DNA of 61,511 nucleotides, filler included, from Deltaproteobacteria bacterium (GTDB lineage Bacteria > JAUYMQ01), in assembly GCA_030698575.1 (NCBI GenBank). It is 12 parts of 12 records of this genome, joined end to end, with 100 filler letters (N's around TTAATTAATTAA, not from the genome) between each part and the next. Parts side by side here need not be neighbours in the genome. Positions count along the whole stretch, not along the records: positions 50,559 to 58,608 come from JAUYMQ010000236.1; positions 58,709 to 61,511 come from JAUYMQ010000320.1; 10 more parts are not named here. The stretch is one strand, 5' to 3'. This document shows, piece after piece, positions 50,725-59,942 of this stretch. Below the pieces are notes generated by a model, which made no database searches, was not told the origin of the DNA, and saw only the letters and a list, made by a program, of their open reading frames with translations. Within the stretch, counting starts at the first letter, position 1. Each line of letters begins with the position of its first letter. A program made the position numbers and the translations under genes.

Positions 50725-53700
50725 TCAGTCCGACCCGAGCCGTGTCCTGCTCGAAAGGCCCGGCGCAACCTCGGGGGTTCGCCCCGCAGGCGCCGGGCCG
50801 GCGTCGGCGGCCACCGGCTTGCGCGCGGGCGCGTGCACCCGGCGCCGGAAAGAGAAGCGATCGACGTAGGTGAAAACGACGGGGATCACGACGAGCGTGA
50901 GCAGGGTCGAGGTGATGAGGCCGCCGATGATCGCGATGGCCATCGGCGAGCGGAACTCCGCGTTCGCGGCCTGGCCGACCGCCGTCGGGATCATGCCGAA
51001 AATCATGGCCAGGCTCGTCATGACGATCGCGCGAAGCCGGATGGGGCCAGCCTTCAGCATGGCCTCGCGGGCCCCCAGCCCGTTCTGGCGCTGCACGATG
51101 GCGTGGTCGACGAGCAGAATTCCGTTCTTCGTCACCAGCCCCATGAGCATGACGATGCCAATCATGGGCGACATGCCCAGGTGCTTCCCCGTCAGGAATA
51201 GCGCGAGGAACGCGCCGATGACGGCCAGAGGCAGGGCAAGCATGATGGTGAAGGGGTGCAGGAAGGAGTCGAATTGCGCCGCCAGCACCATGTAAATGAA
51301 CAGGATCGCGAGTCCGAGCGCGGCAAGGAGGGCCTGAAACGATTCCTCCATCCGCTGCGCCTCGCCGGAGAAACCCCAGGCATAGCCCGGCGGAATGTCC
51401 ATCGCCTTCATCCCTGTCTGGAGGTCCTTGATCACGTCACCGAGCGCGCGGTTCGGCGAGTTGGCCGTGATCGTCACCTGCCGCTGCCGGTTTTCGCGTT
51501 CGATTTGTCCCGGCCCGGTCCTCTCCTGCAGATCGGCGACTTCCTTCAGCAGGACCAGCGACCCGCGGGCCGTGGAAACCAGCATGTTTTCCAGAAGCGA
51601 CGGCGCCTCCCGATCCGTTTCCTTGAGCCGCACCCGGATGTCGTACTCGTCCCGGCCGTCCCTGTAGAGGCTCGCGACCTCGCCCTCCACGGCGGTGCGA
51701 AGGCTCCGGGCCATGCCTCCCACGCCGACTCCCGCATTCGCGGCGCGCTTGCGATCGAGCACCACCGCCACCTCCGGCTTTCCAAACTCCAGCGACGTGT
51801 CCACGTCCACCGCGCCCGGCGTGTCACGCGTGAGCCTGTAGGCCGATCGGGAGAGGCCCGTGAGGGTCTTGAGATCGTTGCCGCGAATGTAGAGGTTCAC
51901 CGGATACTCGCCGGCGCCCTCAGCCCAGGGAATCTCGGCGAGGACGAACTTGAGGCCGGCGATGTTCTTGATCCGGGCCCTTATGTCGTCCTGGATCTCC
52001 CAAATCGACTTGTTCCTCTCCAGTTTCGGCGTGAAAAGCGCCCGGATGGTGGCCTGGTTGACGTCCTCAGAGACGGCGCCCAGAGCGGCCGAACGCCCGA
52101 CCACCGTGTACATGCGCACGTAGTCGGGGTGCTCCGACAAGACCTGCTCGACCCGCTTCACGACCTCATCCATCGCCTTGTAGCTCGTTCCCACAGGCAT
52201 CTCGAGCGCGATGTTGAACTCCGAGCGGTCCTCCTTCGCGACGAATTCGGAGCCCATGAGCCCTGCGACGAAGATCGAGATCACGAACATTCCGAGCGCG
52301 GCCCCGAGCACCGTCTTGCGATGATCGAGCGCCCAGCGGAGGACCGTCTCGTACCGGGCATATGTGCGATCCCAGAACCGCACGAAGTAGCCGAGGATCG
52401 GGTGCGTTTCGATCTGCTGGCGGTAATCCGGAGCCACCGGTTTCATCACATTGGCCGAGAGCATCGGGTCCAGGGTGAAGGAAACAAAAAGCGAGATCAT
52501 CACCGCAGCCACGACGGTCAACCCGAACTCCTGGAAAAACTTGCCGACAATTCCCGACATGAAGCCGACGGGGAGGAAGACCGCCACGATGGTGAATGTG
52601 GTCGCCATCACGGCCAGGCCGATCTCCGCCGTCCCGACCCGCGCGGCGGTCACGGGATCGTCGCCTTCCTCCATGTGGCGGAAGATGTTCTCCCGCACCA
52701 CGACCGCGTCGTCGATGAGCATGCCGATGGCGAGCGAGAGCGCCATGAGGGTCATGATGTTGATGCTGAACCCCATGAGCCACATGAAGAAGAAGGTCGA
52801 GATGACGCTCGTGGGAAGGGCCAGGGCGCTGATGACGGTGCTGCGCCAGTCGAGCATGAAGATGAAAATGACGAAGACGGCCATCAAGGCCCCGTAGAAG
52901 ATGGAGAGCCCGACCTCGTCAACCTGAAGGTTCACCCGTTCGGCCGAATCGATGATCGTGATGAGCCGGTAATCGGGCGGCAGCACCTCGCGGAGCTTGT
53001 CCACGGCATGAAAGACGTTCTCGGCGACCTCGACAGTGTTGGAGCCCGACTGCTTGCGGATCTCGACGGCGACCGCAGGCAGTCCGTTCGTCCGCGCGCT
53101 CTTGCGGACCTCCTTGTAACCATCCACGACGGTGCCGATGTCGCGAATGCGGACCTGGGTGCCCCCTTCATCTGAAACCACCAGATCGGCGATCTCTTCG
53201 AGATTCCGGAACTCTCCGAGCGTGCGGATCGTCAGCTCGCGCTGCCCGCTCGTCACATGCCCGCCGGGAACGTTCATGTTCTCGGAGCGCATGAGCCCCA
53301 CCACGCGCTCGATGGGGATTCGATGGGCCTGCAGCGCGTGGAGATCGAGGTTGATCTGGATCTCGCGCTCGAGCCCGCCGATGATGTCCACCTGGCCGAC
53401 CCCGTCGACCCCCTCGATGGCGGGCTTGATGAGGTCCTCGGTCGCGCGGCGAATCTCGTAGGGATTTCGGTTGGCGGCGATGCTGTAAACAAGGACGGGC
53501 GTGTCGGCGGGATCGAAACGTTCGGTCAGCGGATCCTCGACATCCTCCGGCAGCAGGTGCCGGACCGTTTCGACCTTCTCGCGCACGTCGACCGCCGCCA
53601 GCTTGATGTCCGTCTCGAGGCGGAACTCGGCCAGCACGGTGGAGACCGATTCGCGGGACCAGGACTGGATCCGCTTCAGACCGCTGACACCGCTGACGGC

Positions 53701-53910
53701 CTCCTCGATTGGCTTCGTGACGAGGGTTTCGACTTCCTCAGGACTCGCGCCGGGATAGGGCGTCGTGATGATGACGACGGGAAAGGCGACGTCGGGAAAA
53801 AGATCGAGCTGGAGCTTCCCGCACATGGAGATGAGGCCCAGGACCATGAGGGCCGAGATCACCATGACCGTGAAAACAGGGCGCCGGATGCTGACTTCGG
53901 AGATCCACAT
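50725..53910 (-). CDS. RND efflux permease (AcrB/HAE1-like)
   Basis: SIRRPV, YPGASPEEVE, GMLIDDAVVVREN, GLVTKNGILLVD, RLRAIVMTS. Confidence 0.95.
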   Translation of the reverse strand: MWISEVSIRRPVFTVMVISALMVLGLISMCGKLQLDLFPDVAFPVVIITTPYPGASPEEVETLVTKPIEEAVSGVSGLKRIQSWSRESVSTVLAEFRLETDIKLAAVDVREKVETVRHLLPEDVEDPLTERFDPADTPVLVYSIAANRNPYEIRRATEDLIKPAIEGVDGVGQVDIIGGLEREIQINLDLHALQAHRIPIERVVGLMRSENMNVPGGHVTSGQRELTIRTLGEFRNLEEIADLVVSDEGGTQVRIRDIGTVVDGYKEVRKSARTNGLPAVAVEIRKQSGSNTVEVAENVFHAVDKLREVLPPDYRLITIIDSAERVNLQVDEVGLSIFYGALMAVFVIFIFMLDWRSTVISALALPTSVISTFFFMWLMGFSINIMTLMALSLAIGMLIDDAVVVRENIFRHMEEGDDPVTAARVGTAEIGLAVMATTFTIVAVFLPVGFMSGIVGKFFQEFGLTVVAAVMISLFVSFTLDPMLSANVMKPVAPDYRQQIETHPILGYFVRFWDRTYARYETVLRWALDHRKTVLGAALGMFVISIFVAGLMGSEFVAKEDRSEFNIALEMPVGTSYKAMDEVVKRVEQVLSEHPDYVRMYTVVGRSAALGAVSEDVNQATIRALFTPKLERNKSIWEIQDDIRARIKNIAGLKFVLAEIPWAEGAGEYPVNLYIRGNDLKTLTGLSRSAYRLTRDTPGAVDVDTSLEFGKPEVAVVLDRKRAANAGVGVGGMARSLRTAVEGEVASLYRDGRDEYDIRVRLKETDREAPSLLENMLVSTARGSLVLLKEVADLQERTGPGQIERENRQRQVTITANSPNRALGDVIKDLQTGMKAMDIPPGYAWGFSGEAQRMEESFQALLAALGLAILFIYMVLAAQFDSFLHPFTIMLALPLAVIGAFLALFLTGKHLGMSPMIGIVMLMGLVTKNGILLVDHAIVQRQNGLGAREAMLKAGPIRLRAIVMTSLAMIFGMIPTAVGQAANAEFRSPMAIAIIGGLITSTLLTLVVIPVVFTYVDRFSFRRRVHAPARKPVAADAGPAPAGRTPEVAPGLSSRTRLGSD

Positions 53911-53919
53911 GAGGGCGCC

Positions 53920-55113
53920 TCAGAATGCCGTGTCGGCCGACTCGGCCCGGGAGGTCGCCTTTGCTCCGGTTTCCCCCTCGGGACGGACGGGCGTCCCGTC
54001 TTCGACGACGGTCTGCCCCTGGACGATGAGGCGGGCGCCGGGCTCGAGGCCCGAGGCGACGATGGCGTTGAGATCGTCGGCCCCGCCCAGTGAAACGGGG
54101 GTCATCCGCGCCTTCGCGTCTTCGACGACGAAGACGACCACCTTCCCTTCCCGGTCCACCACCGCGGCCTTGGGAATGAGCGTGACGCCCTCGTGACGTT
54201 CCAGAACGAGGTTCGCGGTGGCGAACATGCCCGGCTTCAACACGTGCTCCGGGTTCTCGATCTCAATCTCCGCCTCAGCTCGACGGGTGCCCTCCGCCAG
54301 GCTCGGAGAGAAGTGCGTAAGCACGCCCTCGAAGGTGCGGCCCGGGAGCGCCCGGAGCGAGACAATTGCCCGCTGGCCTTCCTTCACGCGCGGAAGGTCG
54401 TTCTCGGTGATGCCGACAGTGAGCTTCACGCGGGCGAGATTCTGCACCTCGTAAATCGCTACAGCCTGCCGGCTGCCCATGATCTGCGTTTCAACCATGG
54501 TGCCGACGTCAATGTAGCGCTGCGAAACGGTTCCATCGATGGGAGACGTGACGCCCGTATCGGCCAGCCGACGCCGCGCAAGCTCGAGCGCCGCCTCGGC
54601 TTCCTTGACCCGCCCCGCGCTCACCTTCTCGCCCGAGAGCGCCGCCTGCAGAGCCTGGGTGGAGATGACATTGTCTTTAAAGAGTTTCTGCGAGCGCGCG
54701 GCGTCCCGCTCGGACTGCTCGAAGCTCGCGCGCGCCTGGGCGAGGATGCCCTCGAGCCGCTTCACGTCCAGCCCGTAATCGACGGGATCGATCAACGCCA
54801 GCGCTTCGCCGGCGCTTACTTGATCACCGATGGATTTGTGGATCTCGGCGATGCGCCCGCGCACTCTCGCGATGACCTGGACCGACTGGATGGGCTCGAT
54901 GTTTCCGGTCAGGCGCGCCAGCTCATCGAGGTTCCCCACGGTAACCGTGGCGGTCTCAACGGGCACAGCCTGGGAGATTGCATCGGCGCCACGCGTGGTC
55001 CCCTGTCGCATGGAGTTCACCCGATAAGCGACGAGGAGCGCAACAATAACGATGCTGGTGACGAGCCAGGGGCGTCTCTTCATCGGGTTCCACGCTGTCT
55101 GAAGGCGGGACAC
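53920..55113 (-). CDS. RND periplasmic adaptor (membrane fusion protein)
   Basis: TM anchor, lipoyl halves (G.I..I....GD.V; SPIDGTV), LKPGMFA. Confidence 0.92.
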   Translation of the reverse strand: MSRLQTAWNPMKRRPWLVTSIVIVALLVAYRVNSMRQGTTRGADAISQAVPVETATVTVGNLDELARLTGNIEPIQSVQVIARVRGRIAEIHKSIGDQVSAGEALALIDPVDYGLDVKRLEGILAQARASFEQSERDAARSQKLFKDNVISTQALQAALSGEKVSAGRVKEAEAALELARRRLADTGVTSPIDGTVSQRYIDVGTMVETQIMGSRQAVAIYEVQNLARVKLTVGITENDLPRVKEGQRAIVSLRALPGRTFEGVLTHFSPSLAEGTRRAEAEIEIENPEHVLKPGMFATANLVLERHEGVTLIPKAAVVDREGKVVVFVVEDAKARMTPVSLGGADDLNAIVASGLEPGARLIVQGQTVVEDGTPVRPEGETGAKATSRAESADTAF

Positions 55114-55474
55114 ACGGCCAGCTGTTCCAGAGCAGGGGGCTGACCAAGGGGTCAGGCCAGGAGCCGACTCTACGTCCCGCGCCTTTCAAGTAGGAGTATA
55201 ACCACCGCCCCATCAACCCGAAAGCTCGGCCCAAAAAAAACTGCCCTTCTCAGAACCGGCCCCGGGCCGCACCGCCCCCGCTCAGCCGGTTGCCCCCGGC
55301 AGGGGCATTCTTTACATTCGGCCTAGAAAAAAGGGCGCTGTCCTCCTTTTCGGAAAAGTCGGCCGGCGACTGAACACGCCCGGCCGAAGGGGCAGAGTCG
55401 CCGTCTCACGAACGACGGTGCCCGGTTCCCTTCCGCGGCTGCCTCCCGGGGCCGTGCATCCACCTCATGGGGTC

Positions 55475-56650
55475 ATGAAACGCATGCCGACCGACCTGAG
55501 CCCGCCCCGGAAGAACCCGCCTGCCGTCAACCTGGCGGAGTGGCGCGCCCTGTTTCCGATCACGCGCAAGCTGGTCCACCTGAATCACGCGGGTGTCTCT
55601 CCGGTCTCCACACGCGTGACCGGCGCCATGGAGCGCTTCCTTCATCTGTCGTCGCACACCGGCACGCTTCACTACGACCAGATGGAGGCGCAGGCCGAGC
55701 AGGCGCGCGAGAAGTTTGCGCGGCTCATCGGAGCGGAGGTCGGCGAGATCGCGTTCGTCAAGAACACTTCCGAGGGGCTCGCCCGCATTGCGAACGGACT
55801 TCCCCTGGTAAAGGGGGATCGCATCGTCACGACGAACCTGGAGTACCCTTCGAACGTCTATCCCTGGTGGCACCTCGGCCGCCGCGGGGTCGTGACGCTC
55901 ATGGTGAAACACGACGACGGCCGGATCCGCATCGAGGACATCGAGAAGGCGCTCGAGCCGCCCACCCGCCTCCTCGCGATCAGCTCCGTCGAGTTCGGCA
56001 ATGGCCTGGCAAACGATCTCGAGACCCTGGGCCGGATGTGCAAGGAGCGAGGCGTCTGGTTCTGCGTCGACGCCATCCAGTCGATTGGCGTGATGGAACT
56101 CGACGTCAACAGATGCGGAATCGATTTCCTTGCCGCCGATGGGCACAAGTGGCTGCTTGCCACAGAGGGCGTCGGCGGAATGTTCGTTTCGCGCCGGGTC
56201 ATGGCGGACGTCGACCCGGTGAATGTGGGCTGGAAATCGGTGGTGAACCGGGGAGACTATTTCACTTACGAGCTGCGCTTTCCGGACTCCGCGCTGAAGT
56301 TCGAGGAGGGGAGCCTCAACCTCTGCTCGCTCTGGGGTTTCGATGCCGCCCTCGGCCTCATCCTCGAAGTGGGCGTGCCCGTTATCCAACGGCGCGTCAT
56401 CATGCTGCTCGACCGGATGATCGCCGGCTTGAGCGAGAAAGGCTACCCCATCACGAGTCCGATCGGGCCCGGCGAGCGATCTGGAATTCTCACCTTCCGC
56501 CCGCGGGACGGCGCTGACGCGCACGGGCTGGTCCGCGGCCTGAGGGCGGCCGGCTTCATCACGGTCGAGCGCGCCGGCGCCATCCGTGTGTCGCCGCATT
56601 TTTACAACAGCGAGGAAGAGATCGATCGGTTCCTGAAGGAGCTCTCCTAG
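55475..56650 (+). CDS. class V PLP-dependent aminotransferase (cysteine desulfurase-like)
   Basis: HLNHAG.SP, NTSEG, VDAIQS.G, DGHKWLL, IRVSPHFYN. Confidence 0.9.
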   Translation: MKRMPTDLSPPRKNPPAVNLAEWRALFPITRKLVHLNHAGVSPVSTRVTGAMERFLHLSSHTGTLHYDQMEAQAEQAREKFARLIGAEVGEIAFVKNTSEGLARIANGLPLVKGDRIVTTNLEYPSNVYPWWHLGRRGVVTLMVKHDDGRIRIEDIEKALEPPTRLLAISSVEFGNGLANDLETLGRMCKERGVWFCVDAIQSIGVMELDVNRCGIDFLAADGHKWLLATEGVGGMFVSRRVMADVDPVNVGWKSVVNRGDYFTYELRFPDSALKFEEGSLNLCSLWGFDAALGLILEVGVPVIQRRVIMLLDRMIAGLSEKGYPITSPIGPGERSGILTFRPRDGADAHGLVRGLRAAGFITVERAGAIRVSPHFYNSEEEIDRFLKELS

Positions 56651-56665
56651 GAAGGCCCGTCAATC

Positions 56666-57676
56666 ATGGCGAAAGGTCAGAAAGGCGGGCGGCGCAAGGC
56701 CAAGCCGCGCAAGGGAAGTCCCGGGGACGCCGGGAAGCCTCTCCTGCCGGAGGTGCTTCTTCCCGACGCCGAGCCCGACGATGGCATTGCGCTGGAAACA
56801 GCCGCTGTCACCGAAGCCGGCGACGCCGCGGAAACCGGCCTCATCCTCCGGCGCAGCGCCCTCCAGCGCTACTTCGCCGACATCCGCCGCTCGAAGCCGC
56901 TCAGCCGCGAGGAGGAACACAAACTCGCCGTGCGCTACCGCGAGTATGGCGACGTCGACGCGGCCTACTCGCTGGTCATGGCGAATCTCCGCCTCGTCGT
57001 GAAGATCGCGATGGAGTACCAGTCGGCCTACTCGAACCTGCTCGATCTCATCCAGGAGGGGAACATCGGCCTGATGGAGGCCGTCAAGCGGTTCAACCCC
57101 TACAAGGACGTCAAGCTGTCTACCTATGCAGCCTGGTGGATACGCGCCTTTATTCTCCGTTACATCATCAACAACTTCAGGCTTGTGAAGATCGGAACCA
57201 CGCGCGCCCAGCGCAAGCTCTTCTTCAACCTGAACAAGGAGCGCCAGCGGCTCGAGGCGATGGGCTACACCGCCACGCCGCGCCTGCTCGCGTCGAATCT
57301 GGACGTCACCGAGAAGGAAGTCGAGGAGATGACATCCCGGATGGCCCAGCCGGCGCAGTCGCTGGATCAACCCATGGGGAGCGAGGGGCATACCACGCTG
57401 CTCGACTTCATGAAGGACGAGGCCGAAGGACCCGAGGACGCGGTTGCGCGCGAGCAGATGCGTAGTCGCGCGCTCGAGATCATCGGCGAGATGGCGGAGA
57501 AGCTTCCGGAGAAGGAGCGCGCGATTCTCGACCGCCGACTGCTTGCGGAAGAACCCGAAACACTCGAGCAGATTGGCAAAAGCTTCAGCGTCTCGAAGGA
57601 GCGTATCCGGCAGCTCGAGGCGCGGCTGATGGGCCGCCTCCGCGACACCCTGCGCGCCCGCCTGCTTCCGCCGTGA
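56666..57676 (+). CDS. rpoH: RpoH/sigma-32 family RNA polymerase sigma factor
   Basis: NLRLVVKIA, DLIQEGNIGLM, YAAWWIRA, RpoH box QRKLFFNL, SKERIRQLE. Confidence 0.88.
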   Translation: MAKGQKGGRRKAKPRKGSPGDAGKPLLPEVLLPDAEPDDGIALETAAVTEAGDAAETGLILRRSALQRYFADIRRSKPLSREEEHKLAVRYREYGDVDAAYSLVMANLRLVVKIAMEYQSAYSNLLDLIQEGNIGLMEAVKRFNPYKDVKLSTYAAWWIRAFILRYIINNFRLVKIGTTRAQRKLFFNLNKERQRLEAMGYTATPRLLASNLDVTEKEVEEMTSRMAQPAQSLDQPMGSEGHTTLLDFMKDEAEGPEDAVAREQMRSRALEIIGEMAEKLPEKERAILDRRLLAEEPETLEQIGKSFSVSKERIRQLEARLMGRLRDTLRARLLPP

Positions 57677-58347
57677 CAAGCATCCTGCTGAAATTTTACC
57701 TCCGCCACGAGAAGGCCGCGCTCATCCTGGGGGTCACCGGGTTCTTCCTCCTCGGCTACCTCGCCATCGCGCTCCACACCGCCGGAGGCAATGCGCACAG
57801 CCTGGCAACGCCGCTGGACGCCGCCCTTCCCTACGTCCCCGAGGCATGGCCGCTCTACCATGCGGTGTATCTCCTGCTCTTCATCCCCACGCGCCTCTAC
57901 TCGCGGCCACCCGAAATGCGCCGCGGGGCGGCGGCCAACATCGCCTGCATGACAGCGGCTTACGCCGTCTTCCTGCTCTACCCCGTCGGCGACGCCTCGC
58001 TCCTGAACAGCGCCGGCCTGACGGAGGCGACTGCCTCCGCGGGCGGCAATTTCGCCATGCTCTTCGACGATCGCGGCATGAACTGCTTCCCGAGCCTGCA
58101 CGTGGCCCTTGCGACGATCGCTGCGTTCTGCTGCGCCAGGGCTGACCGGCGACTGGGGATGTTTGCCTGGACGCTCACCGGCCTGATCGCCGTTTCGTCT
58201 CTTCTGCTCAAGCGCCACTACATTGTGGATCTCCCCGCCGGATTCGCGCTCGGCGCATTCATTTACACGCTCATCCTGCGAGACCACTTGGGTCGGATCC
58301 CGTCCGCGGGGCGAATGGCTGCTGCGAGCCCGGCCGCGGCATCATGA
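57673..58347 (+). CDS. PAP2 / inositol phosphorylceramide synthase-like membrane protein
   Basis: NCFPSLHVA and KRHYIVD motifs, multiple TM helices. Confidence 0.8.
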   Translation: MTSILLKFYLRHEKAALILGVTGFFLLGYLAIALHTAGGNAHSLATPLDAALPYVPEAWPLYHAVYLLLFIPTRLYSRPPEMRRGAAANIACMTAAYAVFLLYPVGDASLLNSAGLTEATASAGGNFAMLFDDRGMNCFPSLHVALATIAAFCCARADRRLGMFAWTLTGLIAVSSLLLKRHYIVDLPAGFALGAFIYTLILRDHLGRIPSAGRMAAASPAAAS

Positions 58348-58608
58348 TGCGGCGTTGCGCCCGGCTCGCCCGCGCCCTCCTCCCGCTCGTTGCGGCAGCG
58401 CTTTTGATCGCCCCGGCCCAGGCCGAAGGCGCGAGCGCCGCGCCCCTCGACGCCCCCGTCGTCGTGCCTGCACGCGCGCTGGGCGGCCTCGTGGGCGAGC
58501 GGATCGGATCCCTCAGGCTGCTTCGCTGGACCGGCGAGAGTTTCGCGGCCGTGCCGTTCCAGATCGACCCGCGCGAGCGCCGCGCGCGCCCGGGCCGCCA
58601 CCCCAGGC
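58344..58608 (+). CDS. secreted hypothetical protein (truncated)
   Basis: Signal peptide ending AQA, then PVVV...VPFQID. Confidence 0.6.
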
Positions 58609-58708
58609 NNNNNNNNNNNNNNNNNNNNNNNNNNNNNNNNNNNNNNNNNNNNTTAATTAATTAANNNNNNNNNNNNNNNNNNNNNNNNNNNNNNNNNNNN
58701 NNNNNNNN

Positions 58709-59937
58709 GAGTGGAGGATGGAGCTGTCGGCCTTGAGGGTTTCCGAACTGCCGGTAAAGACCATGCGCCCGCGCTCAAGCACCATGGCCTCGGAGGCCAG
58801 TTCGAGCGCCAGATGGGCAAACTGTTCAATCAGCAGCACGCCGATGCCGCTATTGACCGCAACCCGCAGCGCCTCGGCCAGATTGGGGTTGCGGTAGTCC
58901 GCTACCCCGGCCTGGCCGAACGTCTCCGGCGTCACGGCGCCGTAGGGCCCCCCGGGACTGAGGATCTCGATACGATCGTCAAACCAGTACACTCGCACGG
59001 GGGCATTGGTCGCTTCGTAGCTGCGGTGCAGCACGGCGTTACGAACAAGTTGCTGAAGCGCGACTAGCGGATACGGCTGCCGGCGCGTCTCGACCGGCCC
59101 TCTCGTGAACTCCACTGCCGTGCGGTTGTGTGCCGCTAGCTTCTCATCGATGCGCCGCAGGACGTCGCCCACCAGCCCATCGATCACCTGTTCGTCCGCG
59201 ACGGGATCGGCCAGCTCCCTGCCTGCTATTCGCAAGAACTGGATGTACGCGCCCGGGAGGAAGTCGCGCGTGCGAATGCCGAGCACCAGGATGCCTAGGG
59301 TCGTGGGAGTCGGATCGTCAGCAGTAACAATCATCTTGGTCACGGCAAGGCGCTGCTCGTAGCTGCGGTCATTGAGTGCCAGGATGTCCGGGGCAACGGC
59401 CGCCGGCAGATACACACCTTCGAAGAGGTGTCGATCGAGGTCGTCGAGGGAGGCCGAGGGCACCGGCTGCACGTCGAAAGGCCGGTCGCGGTGACGCCGC
59501 TTCTCGTTGAGGATCCGCTCGTCCTGGGCGGTGGCAATACCGCGCCGCGGCCCGATTCGGATATGGACCCGTCCTCTATATCGCACTGGCGGAGAGTCGG
59601 AGGGCTCGACGATGAGCACGGCCATCTCCGCGCCGCGCAGGGTACGCTTGCCCACAGTGAAAGAGGGAGGCGGCACGGTGTTGCCGTCGGTCTTGACGTC
59701 GGCGAGATTTCGGAGCAACACATCGGTGACGTTCAGTCCGGAAGGCGAACCGTTGTCCCTTGCGCCTATGAAGACGACGCCGGCCCGCCCGTGGGCAGGC
59801 AGGTCGTTGGCGAAGGCGCAGACGGCCTCGCGCACCGTTGTTGGCGCATCCCCTTGGAACGATTGCTTGCGCTCCGCAAGATCCGACTCCAAGTCGGCCA
59901 GCATCCGCTCCAACTCTTCGTCAGAGTACGTCGTCAT
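58709..59937 (-). CDS. Schlafen/AlbA_2 + HATPase_c_4 ATP-binding protein; C-terminus replaced by a LivF-like ABC ATPase tail
   Basis: ESDLAERK, CAFAND, G.....G..D.G; NAVLHRSY, DRIEILSPGG, YRNPNLAEAL, then an abrupt switch to GVLLIEQ...LERGRMVFTG. Confidence 0.75.
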
Positions 59938-59942
59938 CGCTC

